From Vulcanimicrobiota bacterium (lineage in GTDB: Bacteria > Vulcanimicrobiota > Vulcanimicrobiia > Eremiobacterales > Eremiobacteraceae), in contig CAWETU010000001.1 of the NCBI GenBank assembly GCA_963812135.1, forward strand, positions 1,376,001-1,440,000: a DNA stretch of 64,000 nucleotides, read 5' to 3'. A model generated the notes under the pieces. That model was not told the DNA's origin and did not search any database. It worked only from the letters and a program-made list of their open reading frames with translations. This document shows positions 51,146 to 61,628 of this stretch, in pieces; the first letter of the stretch is position 1, and the number at the start of each line of letters is the position of its first letter. Position numbers and translations under genes: made by a program.

Positions 51146-51996
51146 AGACGTCCTTCGACGTCGTCGAGGCGCCGGCGCGCGACGACACGCCCACCATCGA
51201 TCCCGCGCTTGTCGAACGCTGGCTTGTCAACTTCATCCGCGACGAGCTCGTCCGCCGCCGCGGCATCCAAAATGCGGTGATCGGCATTTCGGGCGGCGTG
51301 GACTCGGCGGTGGTGGCTTATCTGTGCGCGCGCGCCCTCGGACCGGAGCACGTCTTGGGCATGCGGTTGCCCTATCGCACGTCGAGCGGCGAGAGCCTCG
51401 ACCACGCGGCGCTCGTCATCGCGGAAACCGGCATCCGCGAGCGGCTTGTCGACATCAGCGAAGCGGTGGACGGCTACCTCGCGCTCGAACCTGACGCCTC
51501 GGCGCAACGCCGCGGCAACGTCATGGCGCGCATGCGCATGATCGTGCTCTTTGATCAGTCGGCGAAGATCAACGGCTTGCCGATCGGCACGGGCAACAAA
51601 TCAGAGCGCATGCTCGGCTACTTCACGTGGCATGGCGACGACTCGCCGCCGATCAACCCGATCGGCGATCTTTTCAAGACGCAGGTGTGGACGCTCGCGC
51701 GCCACCTCGGTGTGCCGGACGTCATCATCGACAAGCCCGCGACCGCCGATCTCATCCGCGGCCAGACGGACGAAGAAGACCTCGGCATCACGTACGCGCA
51801 GGCGGACAAGATCCTCAACCGTCTGCTCATGGGCTACACTGTCGAGGACATCATCGCCGCCGGCTACCCAGGGCCCGAGGTCGAACTCGTCAAGCGCCGC
51901 GTCGACTCCACGCACTGGAAGCGCCACCTGGCGACGACCGCGCTGATCTCGACCACGGCGATCAACGAGTTCTATCTGCGGCCGGTCGACTATTAA
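51142..51996 (+). CDS. nadE: NAD+ synthetase
   Basis: GISGGVDS, GNVMARMRM, GTGNKSE, DLFKTQV, QTDE. Confidence 0.95.
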   Translation: MKTSFDVVEAPARDDTPTIDPALVERWLVNFIRDELVRRRGIQNAVIGISGGVDSAVVAYLCARALGPEHVLGMRLPYRTSSGESLDHAALVIAETGIRERLVDISEAVDGYLALEPDASAQRRGNVMARMRMIVLFDQSAKINGLPIGTGNKSERMLGYFTWHGDDSPPINPIGDLFKTQVWTLARHLGVPDVIIDKPATADLIRGQTDEEDLGITYAQADKILNRLLMGYTVEDIIAAGYPGPEVELVKRRVDSTHWKRHLATTALISTTAINEFYLRPVDY

Positions 51997-52018
51997 AACA
52001 CGCATCCAATAGAGGAGC

Positions 52019-52420
52019 TTGTCTATGTCTTTGAAGCTCGGCACCGTCGGGCATTTCGGTATCGCTGTCCGCGATCCCAAAAAAAGCGCCCAGTGGTGGA
52101 TCAAGACGCTCAACGTGAAGAAAGAATTCGATTTCCCAGGTGGCGTCGTCGTCGGCTCGGACGCGGTCGGCATCGTGCTGTTCAAGGGAACCCCGCGCCC
52201 CGAAGCGATCCATCACATCTCGTTCGACCTGCCCAGCATGCGCGCGCTGCACGCCGCGCTCGCCGAGCTTAAACGCAAGGGCGTCGAGCTGGAAGACCCG
52301 GGCGAGGAGATCGGCCCCGAGGGCCCCGGCTCGAAGAACATGGGACTGTGGTTCCGCGACCCCGACGGCTATCGCTGGGAACTTAGCGTCCTGGCAAAAC
52401 CCACGCGACCGCGCCGCTAG
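52019..52420 (+). CDS. VOC/glyoxalase family protein
   Basis: HFGIAVRD, HHISF, FRDPDGYRWE. Confidence 0.85.
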   Translation: MSMSLKLGTVGHFGIAVRDPKKSAQWWIKTLNVKKEFDFPGGVVVGSDAVGIVLFKGTPRPEAIHHISFDLPSMRALHAALAELKRKGVELEDPGEEIGPEGPGSKNMGLWFRDPDGYRWELSVLAKPTRPRR

Positions 52421-52434
52421 AAGGAGGCACACCG

Positions 52435-52830
52435 GTGTCCAGATATCTGCACACTTCGATTTTCGTCAACGACATGGACGAGTCGATCGGTTTCTACACC
52501 GAAAAGCTCGGGCTCAAGCTGCTCGACAAAGCGCATTATCCCGGCAACGCCGACATGGCGTTCGTCGGACGCGACTGGAACGCGTACATCGAGCTCGTCT
52601 TCGACCTTGAGGAACATCCACCGTACGAAGTGGGCAACCGCTACGAACATCTCGCGCTCGAGGTCGACGGTCCGGTGGCCGATGTCGTCGAGCGTCTCCG
52701 GCGCGACGGCGTCAAGGTGGTGAAAGAACCGAAGAAGTCGCCGGGCGGTACTCGCTCGATCGCGATGATCGAAGACCCGAACGGCATCGTCGTCGAACTG
52801 CTCGAGCCCAAGTCGGGCGCCATCAAGTAA
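52435..52830 (+). CDS. Lactoylglutathione lyase-like VOC protein
   Basis: LHTSIFV, FYTEKLG, HLALEV, EDPNG..VEL. Confidence 0.85.
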   Translation: MSRYLHTSIFVNDMDESIGFYTEKLGLKLLDKAHYPGNADMAFVGRDWNAYIELVFDLEEHPPYEVGNRYEHLALEVDGPVADVVERLRRDGVKVVKEPKKSPGGTRSIAMIEDPNGIVVELLEPKSGAIK

Positions 52831-52835
52831 CGCGC

Positions 52836-54078
52836 GTGGCGAGCGCCGAGATCATCACGGTCGGCACCGAGCTGTTGCTCGGCCAGCTGGTCGACACCAA
52901 CACCACCTACATCGCCAAAGCGCTCGCCGATGCGGGCATCGATGTCCACCGTCAGACGTCCGTCGGCGACAACGCCGAGCGCATCGCCGGCGCGGTGCGC
53001 GACAGCTTGCGCCGGGCCGACTGCGTCATCGTCGCCGGCGGACTCGGACCGACGGTCGACGATCTCACGCGTGACGGCGTGTCGCAGGCGACGGGCCGTC
53101 CGCTCGAACTGCACGAGCATAGCCTCGAGCGCATCCGCGCGATGTTCGCGCGGCTCGGGCGGCCGATGGCGGACAATAACCGGCGCCAAGCCCTAATGCC
53201 TAAGGGAGCGCAGGTGCTCGACAACGAGCAAGGCACGGCGCCAGGCTTCATTATAGAAGAAGGCAGCCACGCGGTCATCGCGGTGCCAGGCGTGCCCCGC
53301 GAGATGCGCGCGATGATCTCGCAACAGGTGGTGCCTTGGATCGTCAAACGCTACGGCGTCGAGGGTACGATCGTCACACGCGTTCTCAAGACGATCGGCC
53401 TGGGCGAATCTGATCTGGATAGCCGCATCGCGGATCTGTTCCACGCGGGCGTGAACCCGAGCATCGCGGTGCTCGCGCACTATGGTCAAGTCGACGTGAA
53501 GCTGACCGCGAAAGCCGACACGCGCGAGCTGGCGATCGCAATGATCGACAAGCTGGAACCGCTCGTGCGCGAGCGGCTGCCTGACTGCATCTATGCGGTC
53601 GACGGCGGACCGATCGAACAAGTCGTCGGCGACATGCTGCGCGCGCGCCGCTGGACGTTGGCGACGGCGGAATCGTGCACCGGTGGGCTCATCGCATCGA
53701 CCATCACGACCGTGCCCGGTTCTTCGGACTACTACCTCGGCGGCGTCGTGTCGTACGCGAACGAGGCGAAGCTGGATTTTCTCGACGTCGCGCCCGATCT
53801 CGTCGAGCACCACGGCGCAGTGAGCGCGGAGGTGGCCACGGCGATGGCGGTCGGCGTCCAGGGCCGGCTACACGCGTCGTGCGCGATCGCCGTGACCGGC
53901 GTCGCAGGGCCGGGCGGCGGCAGCGAGGAGAAACCCATCGGACTCGTCTACGTCGCACTGGCCACGCCCGATGGCGGCGCCGACGTCCGCAAACTGATGT
54001 TGCCGGGCGATCGAGAAATGGTCCAGCGCCGCGCGGCGATGGCGGCGTCTCACCATGCTCTGGAAGGCGGTTCGCTGA
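52836..54078 (+). CDS. cinA: CinA (MocF domain plus PncC NMN deamidase); apparent +1 frameshift ~54048 reads through into the next gene
   Basis: GTELLLG..DTN, GGLGPT.DD, PGVP.EM, AESCTGG, TGVAGP; shifted frame ends LTMLWKAVR-TGA 54076-54078. Confidence 0.85.
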
Positions 54079-54638
54079 TGCCTCCGACGATCGAAACGCC
54101 GCGGCTTACCCTGCGAACGTTCAGCGAAGCGGACTTCGAGCCGTACTTCGAGCGGCTGCTCTCACAGCGCGCCGTCATGCGCTATCTCTCGGGCACCGGC
54201 GAGCCTCGCACGCGTGAGGAGGCAGCTGTCGCTTTTGCTCGCTGGACCTCACCGGACCGCGATCCCCGCGACCGGATGTGGGCCGTCGTCGAGCGAGCGT
54301 CCGGCGAGTTGCTCGGCCACGCTGTGCTCCAGCGCCTCGAGCAGAGCGACTTGATCGAAGTGGGCTACGCCTTGGGCGAGCGTTTCTGGGGCCGCGGTTT
54401 TGCCACCGAGGCCTCCCGCGCGGCGGTGGATTTCGGCTTCGCGACCACCGACCTTAACCTGATCGTCGGCATCGCGCGACCTGAGAATGCCGCCTCGCGA
54501 CGGGTGCTGGAGAAGACCGGCTTGAGCTACGCCGGCATGCGCCGATACTATAATTTCGACGTCGCGTACTACGAGTTGCTGCGCACCGACCACAAAGCTG
54601 CGAGCGGACCACAAAAAGGTCAGCCCGGTTCGCCCTGA
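54078..54638 (+). CDS. RimJ/RimL-type GNAT acetyltransferase
   Basis: IETPRLTLR, EVGY, WGRGFATEA, N.ASRRVLEK; TGATG coupling to cinA. Confidence 0.8.
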   Translation: MPPTIETPRLTLRTFSEADFEPYFERLLSQRAVMRYLSGTGEPRTREEAAVAFARWTSPDRDPRDRMWAVVERASGELLGHAVLQRLEQSDLIEVGYALGERFWGRGFATEASRAAVDFGFATTDLNLIVGIARPENAASRRVLEKTGLSYAGMRRYYNFDVAYYELLRTDHKAASGPQKGQPGSP

Positions 54639-54653
54639 GAAAAAGCTGAAGGA

Positions 54654-56159
54654 ATGAAACGCAGTCTAACCAGTTCGTGGTTCCTCTTTGCCTTGATCGC
54701 CGTTGCATCACTTGCGTCGATGGCGGGATCGTGCGGTGGTGGCAGTAGCGGCGGAAGCATGGGCCCCACGCCCCCTCCCGGGCCGACGCCGTTGATCGGC
54801 TGCAATCCTGGTGCGATGAACCTCTCGAGCGCGAGCGAATCGCAACCGCTGAGGCTGCGCTATCCGCAACGCGCTCCGCGCGCGCCATACGTTTTGGGCA
54901 AACTCGCAGTGAAGTTCACGGGCACCGGCAGCGAACCGGAGATCGGCCAGGCCATGGCGCGCATGCGCGCCGTTTTGGCTCAACCGCCGAGCAGCCTCGG
55001 TTACGCGGTGTACACTATTCCGGAGAGTCAGAATCCGGTCACCGCAGCGGCCGAGCTGATCGGCACCCGCGGCATCGCCGACGTGAAGCCGCTCCTCGCT
55101 CGCTACATCCAGGACACCATCCCGAACGATCCTTTTTTCGGCACTCCCTCTCAGCTGACTTCGCCGCAGCTGGTCAACCCCGTTCAGTGGGATATGTACA
55201 AGACCCTCATGCCGACGACGTGGGATACGTGGAAAGGCAGCGCCTCGGTCACGATTGCGATCATAGACACCGGGTATGACGCGAACAACATCGACATCTG
55301 CTCGAAGGTCATCAACTCGGCGGTGTTTGATTTGGGCGGAGGAGCGCAGGACGTCCCGGCAACCGTCCAAGACATCGACGGTCATGGCAGCAACGTGAGC
55401 GGCATCGCCGCATCCGTGACCAACAACGCGACGCGCTTCGCCGGCGTCGGCTGGAACACCAACCTTATCGAAGTGCGCGTTTTCCCGACGCCGTCTCCGT
55501 CGAACCCGACGCCTGGCGCCTCCAATCTCGATATCGCAGCGGGCATCACGTGGGCGGCGACGCACGGCGCGAGCGTCATCAGCATGAGCCTTGGCGCGCA
55601 AGGCGCATGTGACTCCGCCGAGCAAAACGCGATCAACTCCGCGGTGGGAGCAGGCATCGTGGTCGTCGTGGCTTCAGGCAACGACGGTCTGGGCACCATC
55701 AGCGCGCCAGCGGATTGCCACGGCACCATTTCAGTCGGCGCCAGCGCGCTCGACGACACCGGCGCCCACACGAACGCGCCGATCGAGTTCGTCGCCACCT
55801 ATTCCAACTGGGGCACCAACGGCGACGGGCTCACACTCATCGCTCCAGGCGGCGACCCGAGCATCTGCACGACCAGCTGCGGAACGCCCGACTATCTCCA
55901 GTGGATCACAAATGCCTATTCGACCACGGCGACGACCTGCTGTTCGAACCCAGGTCCAGGGACCGGCATTTTCATCGCGGGCACGTCGCAAGCCACGCCG
56001 CACGTCGCGGGCGTCGCGGCCCTGATGCTGGCGAAACATCCGGGTCTCTCGGCTTCGGCGGTGAAGACACTCTTGCAGATGTTCGCCACCGATATCGGCG
56101 GCGGCGTCAAACAAGGCGCAGGGCGATTGAACGCCTTTGCGACTCTCTCCAATACGTAA
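54654..56159 (+). CDS. Secreted/lipoprotein subtilase (S8 serine peptidase)
   Basis: IIDTG, GHGSNVSG, ASGN, GTSQATPHV; signal peptide with Cys. Confidence 0.9.
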   Translation: MKRSLTSSWFLFALIAVASLASMAGSCGGGSSGGSMGPTPPPGPTPLIGCNPGAMNLSSASESQPLRLRYPQRAPRAPYVLGKLAVKFTGTGSEPEIGQAMARMRAVLAQPPSSLGYAVYTIPESQNPVTAAAELIGTRGIADVKPLLARYIQDTIPNDPFFGTPSQLTSPQLVNPVQWDMYKTLMPTTWDTWKGSASVTIAIIDTGYDANNIDICSKVINSAVFDLGGGAQDVPATVQDIDGHGSNVSGIAASVTNNATRFAGVGWNTNLIEVRVFPTPSPSNPTPGASNLDIAAGITWAATHGASVISMSLGAQGACDSAEQNAINSAVGAGIVVVVASGNDGLGTISAPADCHGTISVGASALDDTGAHTNAPIEFVATYSNWGTNGDGLTLIAPGGDPSICTTSCGTPDYLQWITNAYSTTATTCCSNPGPGTGIFIAGTSQATPHVAGVAALMLAKHPGLSASAVKTLLQMFATDIGGGVKQGAGRLNAFATLSNT

Positions 56160-57576
56160 CGTCGTCGTAGCGGCGCCACCGCGAGCAGGCGTCGCTCCGT
56201 CAGCCCACCTCGCTCGAGTCCTCGGATTCCTCGACCTGTCGATACTCTCGTCGGCGAGCATGGCGCCCGCGTATTCGATCGCGGCGACGTTTGGATTGAT
56301 GATCGCCGCCGCTGGCGCAGGCGCGCCGTTGGCGCTCGTCATCCTCACGGTGCCGGTGATGTTCATCGCCGTCGCGTTCCACCGCATGTGCGAAGAACAC
56401 CCGGACGCCGGTTCGACCTACGCATGGGCGCGTCTCGCGTTCGGCACTCGCGCGGGCGCGCTGTCCGGCTGGATCGTGATGCTGTCGTACTTCGGCGCGG
56501 CGATGGCCACCGTCGTGCCGGCCGGCGTCTACACGCTGCGCTTCTTGAGCGATCCGCTCCACTTGGTGCCGATGGCGGCCGCAGACAATCCGTTCGCAGT
56601 CGCAGCGGTCGGCGGTGCGTGGGTCGTCGCGGCCGGCGTGCTGCTCGCTTCCGGCATGCGCCCCACTGCAGATGCCTCGGCGGTGTTCCTGATCCTGGAG
56701 GTCGGCGCGCTTCTGCTTTTCGCAGCGTTCGCACTGATGCACCCGGTGGCGGTGGGCGGTCACATCGGTTCTCTTTTCACAATCGGCCCGAGCGGCGGCG
56801 CCGGATTCCTCGCCGCGATGGTCCTCGCGATCTGGGTCGCCGACGGCTGGGAGATATCCACGTACACCTCTGAGGAGAACACCGGTTCCACGCGCCAGCC
56901 AGGCCGCAGCGCGCTCGTCGCGCTGTTCGCCACGACCGCTCTCATGCTGGTATGCGCGGTGGCGTTCATGCGCGTCGCGCCGCTCTCGGGACTCGCAAGC
57001 CACGCGACGGATACGTTGGCGTACGTCGCGGACCAGCTCGGTGGCGGGTGGCGCACGTGGGTGATGGTCATGACCGTCATCGTCTCCACCGGCGCGACGT
57101 TGTGGACGGGTCAGCTCGGGTTGTCACGGCTGCTTTTCTCCGCCGCGCGCGACGGCTTGCTTCCCAAAGCGTTCGGCCGCGTACACCATAAATTCGGCAC
57201 GCCGGCGTTCAGCATCGGCGTCGTCACCGTCGGCGCGCTCGGGTTGGCGTTGCTCACCGGTCTTGAACCCAACGTGCGCGCGAGCCTCGACGACGTCGAC
57301 AACATCGTCTCTATCCTGCTCGGCTTGACGTTCATCGTGACCGGCGCCGCGTGCGTCGTGTACTTCGTGCGCAAAGGCACGCCGTGGTTCGATCTCACGC
57401 GCGTGATCTTGCCGGCGATCGGCACCGTCGGTCTCGTCTATCTCCTCATGGCGAATTTCTCCGCACAAAGCGGCGTCGACCGCTGGGCGGCGATCGGTTG
57501 CATCGTGCTCGGCGTCGTCGTCGCGCTGGTGAGCCCCGCGCTGGCCGCGCGTTTCGCGAAGACCAAAACAGCTTGA
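56137..57576 (+). CDS. APC family amino-acid permease (start uncertain)
   Basis: About 12 TM helices, PDAGSTY, GWE, EE, SRLLFSAARDG.LP..FG.VH..FGTP. Confidence 0.85.
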   Translation: MRLSPIRNVVVAAPPRAGVAPSAHLARVLGFLDLSILSSASMAPAYSIAATFGLMIAAAGAGAPLALVILTVPVMFIAVAFHRMCEEHPDAGSTYAWARLAFGTRAGALSGWIVMLSYFGAAMATVVPAGVYTLRFLSDPLHLVPMAAADNPFAVAAVGGAWVVAAGVLLASGMRPTADASAVFLILEVGALLLFAAFALMHPVAVGGHIGSLFTIGPSGGAGFLAAMVLAIWVADGWEISTYTSEENTGSTRQPGRSALVALFATTALMLVCAVAFMRVAPLSGLASHATDTLAYVADQLGGGWRTWVMVMTVIVSTGATLWTGQLGLSRLLFSAARDGLLPKAFGRVHHKFGTPAFSIGVVTVGALGLALLTGLEPNVRASLDDVDNIVSILLGLTFIVTGAACVVYFVRKGTPWFDLTRVILPAIGTVGLVYLLMANFSAQSGVDRWAAIGCIVLGVVVALVSPALAARFAKTKTA

Positions 57577-58415
57577 TCCACGCGCTCTTGCTCGCGGCGA
57601 CGCTGGTCGCAGCGGCGACTCCTTCGCCTGCGCCGTCCGCGGCCGCACCTATCGCATCGCCCACGGCCGGCGCCGCGGCTACTCCCGCGGGCACGCCGAC
57701 GCCGTATCGGACGTCGCCGCCGAACGCGCACGTCTGGCAAGGCATCACGCCCGGCGGCTCCGCGGCTGCGGTGCATGCAAAGCTCGGCGTGCCGCTGCTC
57801 TCGCGCGTGCTGCCCGACGGCTCGATCATCAATTGGTATCCCGGCCCGACCACCAACGCGTACATGATCGTCGGCGAGCGCGATAAGGTCGTGCAGTACG
57901 TGCGCGCGTTTCCGATCTCGCTTGAGGGAACGCTCGACGGTTTGAAGGACCCGTATGGTGTGTCGCCCGGTCTCGACTATACGGCGATCAAAGCGCTGCG
58001 CGGCGAAGCCAAAGAGGCCCGCCAGGTCGCCCCGGCGACAGTTGTCGTCGTGTATCAAGATAGCCAGGCTTTTGTGTGGCTATACGAGCTGACGGCGGAG
58101 GGCGTGCACGCGATTTCGCTTTATGACGCGAACGCGCCGAAGGCGAATCCCGGAGCACCGCCGGTGAGCGATCCGCACGACGGCGCCAGCATGGGTCGCG
58201 CGTACATCGTGCACGCCCGCAACGAACAAGAAGGCCTGCGTTTCGAGCGATATTATGCCACGCATCGCGGCGGCTGCTCCGTTTGGACCGTCGCCAACCA
58301 GACGCTGCTGTCCATGGGCGCGCGCAAGGTCGACCAGCTCGACCTGCAGTGCGAAGATAACAAAGACCAGACGAGCATGTTCTTCGACGTGACATCGTTC
58401 ATGGGCAAAAACTAG
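57573..58415 (+). CDS. Secreted hypothetical protein (paralogue A)
   Basis: Signal peptide, Pro/Thr linker, repeated SmpA-like units, C-terminal HDG.S..RA..C..W..C..MFFD. Confidence 0.65.
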   Translation: MIHALLLAATLVAAATPSPAPSAAAPIASPTAGAAATPAGTPTPYRTSPPNAHVWQGITPGGSAAAVHAKLGVPLLSRVLPDGSIINWYPGPTTNAYMIVGERDKVVQYVRAFPISLEGTLDGLKDPYGVSPGLDYTAIKALRGEAKEARQVAPATVVVVYQDSQAFVWLYELTAEGVHAISLYDANAPKANPGAPPVSDPHDGASMGRAYIVHARNEQEGLRFERYYATHRGGCSVWTVANQTLLSMGARKVDQLDLQCEDNKDQTSMFFDVTSFMGKN

Positions 58416-58511
58416 GGCGTCGTGCCCGCTGGCTGCCGTGAGGCGCCAAAGGCCGGCAAACGCGGTCTGCCGAACTCGGACAAACGCACCCATCCGCGGA
58501 GGACTCAAGCA

Positions 58512-59798
58512 ATGGCACGGCCGATGACCCTGACCGAAAAGATCCTGGCGGCGCACGCAGGCAAAGCCGACGTCGCGCCAGGCGACATCATCTCGATCGA
58601 CCTTGACCTGGTCATGGCCAACGAGCTGTCGGCCGCCGTCGCGATCACCGAATTCCACAAGATCAAAGGCGCGTCCAAAGTTTGGGACTCGCACAAGATC
58701 GCGTTGTGCCCGAGCCACTTCACGCCTAACAAAGACATCGCCACGGCCACCCTGTCGACGATGATGCGAGATTTCGCGAAAGAACAGCAGATCGAGCACT
58801 ACTTCGAAGTCGGCCGCGGCGGCATCGAGCATGTCGTGCTGCCGGAAAACGGCATGGTCGGCCCCGGCATGACGATCATCGGCGGCGACAGCCATACGAC
58901 GACCTACGGCGGTCTCGGCGCGTTCGCCACGGGCGTCGGCAGCACGGATATCGCCGCCGCATTTGCGACCGGCGAGATGTGGGTGCGGGTACCGCCTTCG
59001 ATCAAAGTCAACTACGAGGGCGCGCTGCGCCCGTATGTCTCCGGCAAAGATCTCATCCTGACGACGGTCGGGAGGCTCGGCGTCGACGGCGCCATTTACG
59101 CGGCGATCGAATTCGTCGGCCCCGCGCTCACAGCATTGCCGATCTCAGGCCGCTTCACGATGGCGAATATGTCGATCGAAGCAGGCGCGAAGAACGGCAT
59201 TTTCGAGGTCGATGCGACCGCGGAGGCGTACTGCGCGGCGGTTGGCAAAAAGGACTACACGATTTATCGCGCCGACAAAAACGCTGAGTACCAGTCCACC
59301 GTCACGATCGACTGCTCGATCATCGAACCGCAAGTCGCGCTGCCGTGGCTGCCTGAGAACACGAAGAACGCCTCCGACCTGAACGATATCAAGATCCATC
59401 AGGCCGTGATCGGCACATGCACCAACGGCCGCATCGAGGACATGCGCCAAGCTGCAGAGGTCCTCAAAGGACGCAAAGTCCATCCCGACGTGCGCTGCAT
59501 CGTGATCCCCGGCAGTCAAAAAGTGTACAAGCAATGCATCATCGAGGGTCTGACCGAGATCTTCATCGACGCCAACTGCGTCGTGTCGACGCCGACCTGC
59601 GGTCCGTGCGTGGGCGGCCATATGGGCGTGCTCAGCGAAGGCGAGCGCTGCATCTCGACGACGAATCGTAATTTCAAAGGCCGCATGGGTCACGTCAAGA
59701 GCGAAGTATATTTGACGGGCCCGTACGTCGCAGCCGCTTCGGCGGTCGCCGGATTCATCACCAACCCCGAACAGCTCGGCAGTTTGGTCACGGCCTAG
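58512..59798 (+). CDS. leuC: 3-isopropylmalate dehydratase large subunit (LeuC/HacA type)
   Basis: MTLTEKIL, DSHT, IGTCTNGR, CGPCVG, STTNRNFKGRMG. Confidence 0.9.
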   Translation: MARPMTLTEKILAAHAGKADVAPGDIISIDLDLVMANELSAAVAITEFHKIKGASKVWDSHKIALCPSHFTPNKDIATATLSTMMRDFAKEQQIEHYFEVGRGGIEHVVLPENGMVGPGMTIIGGDSHTTTYGGLGAFATGVGSTDIAAAFATGEMWVRVPPSIKVNYEGALRPYVSGKDLILTTVGRLGVDGAIYAAIEFVGPALTALPISGRFTMANMSIEAGAKNGIFEVDATAEAYCAAVGKKDYTIYRADKNAEYQSTVTIDCSIIEPQVALPWLPENTKNASDLNDIKIHQAVIGTCTNGRIEDMRQAAEVLKGRKVHPDVRCIVIPGSQKVYKQCIIEGLTEIFIDANCVVSTPTCGPCVGGHMGVLSEGERCISTTNRNFKGRMGHVKSEVYLTGPYVAAASAVAGFITNPEQLGSLVTA

Positions 59799-59812
59799 CG
59801 GGCGGGCACCGT

Positions 59813-60611
59813 TTGCTGGCTGCTCTCCTCGCCCTCGGAATCTTCGCCGCGGCTCCTTCGCTCAGCGCGACTCCGACGCCGAGCCCCACGCCATACAAGC
59901 CGCTTGCCATTCCATTGCCCGGCGCAACGCCCTGGGGCCCGCTGTCGTTGGCCGGCGTGACGCTTGGTGAAACCGGCGACGCGGTGCGCGCACGGCTCGG
60001 CGAACCGGCGCTCGCAAACGACAAACCCGAGATCTCGATCTGGACCTATCCGCTGGACAACAAACACGTCGCGCTCAACATCTTCTTGCAGCGCGGGCGG
60101 GTCACCAGCCTCAGCATCGCGCTCACCGGCGGCGCTAAGCAATCGCTGTTCGACCGATCCGTTCGGCGTGCATCTCGGCGACGGCGCCGACGCGATGTTC
60201 GCCGCGCGCGGTCAGCCGCACGACATGATCGAGAACCGCAACATCTACGCGACCGGACCCGGCTTCGATTGGGTCTATCAATTCGATAAGGGCATCGCCG
60301 CGTCGATCTTGGTCGAGGCGAACATCGCGCTGAACGGTCCGCTCCCTAGTCCGGTCGCGGGACCGCCCGGGCACGACGGCACCAGTCTCGAGCGAGCGAT
60401 CAGATTCAAAGTGGCGAATCTGGCGCAGGCGAAGCTCTACGAGGCCGTGTTCCTCGCGCGTTTTTGCGATGGCAAAGGCACGTGGCAGCCCTCGGCGGTA
60501 TCGACCCTCGCGAATCCGCAAACCGGCGCCGTGATCGTCGCCTATTCGGTCACGTGTTCCAACACGCTTCGCAAGGCGATGTTCTACTTCGATCGCAGCC
60601 ATTTGCGATGA
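59813..60611 (+). CDS. Secreted hypothetical protein (paralogue B); apparent frameshift ~60150
   Basis: Signal peptide, PT linker, GVTLG..VRARLG, DPFGV, HDGTSLERA..C..W..C..FYFD. Confidence 0.6.
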
Positions 60612-61036
60612 ATAACCTTCTTGTCGTTGCGATTACAGCGACTTTGCTCGGCGTCGCGATGCCCGCTGTCGCGCCGCCGGACCCCACCGGCGCGCTTGCC
60701 TTATGCGCTGGGCAGGTCGATCGCATCGCGCAATACGGCAATTACGCTCTGATCAATTGCGATTTCGGACAAACGGGGGGAGAGATAGCCGCTTCATATT
60801 CGCCGTCGACTTCGAAGTGGCACGTCGTCGTGGCGGGCGGCGGCGTAGTAGATTCGAAGTACCTGGTCGCCAAAGGCATACCGCAAAACGCCGCCACCTT
60901 CTTGGTCGGCGCGATGGTCACTTGTCCTCCGCGCTTGAGGCAACCCCTACCCAAGACCACTCGAATAGCTCCGCACACGTTCTTATGTTTGGAAAATGGG
61001 CCGCCTGCCTCATCGCCCCCGACCCGAATGCCTTGA
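60608..61036 (+). CDS. Small secreted Cys-containing protein
   Basis: Signal peptide, 4 Cys; ATGA overlap with the upstream gene. Confidence 0.6.
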   Translation: MNNLLVVAITATLLGVAMPAVAPPDPTGALALCAGQVDRIAQYGNYALINCDFGQTGGEIAASYSPSTSKWHVVVAGGGVVDSKYLVAKGIPQNAATFLVGAMVTCPPRLRQPLPKTTRIAPHTFLCLENGPPASSPPTRMP

Positions 61037-61082
61037 ACGACCAAGCGCGGGACCGAGTGACAGGGGCGGCGAAACGGACGGC

Positions 61083-61604
61083 ATGATTCTCAAAGGCACA
61101 GCCCACAAGTATGGCAAGAACGTCGACACCGACGTCATCATCCCCGGCCGGTATTGCAACCTGATCGACCCGGTCGAGCTCGGCAAGCACGCGCTCGAAG
61201 ATCTCGATATCAATTTCGTCAAAAAGGTCAAACAGGGCGACTTGATCGTGGCCGACACTAATTTCGGCTGCGGCTCGTCGCGCGAGGTGGCCGCCGTCGC
61301 GCTCAAGGGCGCCGGCGTGTCCGGCGTCGTCGCGAAGTCGTTCGCGCGGATTTTCTACCGCAATTGCATCAACACGGGTCTGCCCATCTTCGAATGCCCT
61401 GAAGGCGTCGACGGGATCAGCGACGGCGACGCGATCACGGTCGATGCGGATGCGGGCACGATCACCAATCAGACGACCGGCAAGTCGTTCAAAGCGACGC
61501 AGTTCCCGAAGTTCATGCAAGATCTGATCGCCAAGGGCGGTCTGCTGCGCTATGCGGAGCAGCGCTTGGCCGAGAAGAATGCCGCGAAAGGCACAGCCGA
61601 GTGA
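61083..61604 (+). CDS. leuD: 3-isopropylmalate dehydratase small subunit
   Basis: NVDTDVIIP, NFGCGSSRE, SFARIFYRN, GGL. Confidence 0.9.
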   Translation: MILKGTAHKYGKNVDTDVIIPGRYCNLIDPVELGKHALEDLDINFVKKVKQGDLIVADTNFGCGSSREVAAVALKGAGVSGVVAKSFARIFYRNCINTGLPIFECPEGVDGISDGDAITVDADAGTITNQTTGKSFKATQFPKFMQDLIAKGGLLRYAEQRLAEKNAAKGTAE

Positions 61605-61617
61605 ACTCGGCCGCTAC
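61594..61617 (-). repeat. REP-like GTAG-hairpin unit containing the leuD stop codon
   Basis: CAGCCGAGTGAACTCGGCCGCTAC; compensatory stem change relative to the other copies. Confidence 0.7.
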
Positions 61618-61628
61618 ATAGAACGACC

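Noticed and set aside
52836..54638. Apparent novel CinA-GNAT fusion (600-aa ORF)
   Set aside because: Removing one base near 54048 restores a typical CinA end (ALTMLWKAVR) with a TGATG stop/start overlap into the GNAT, so the fusion is probably an artefact.
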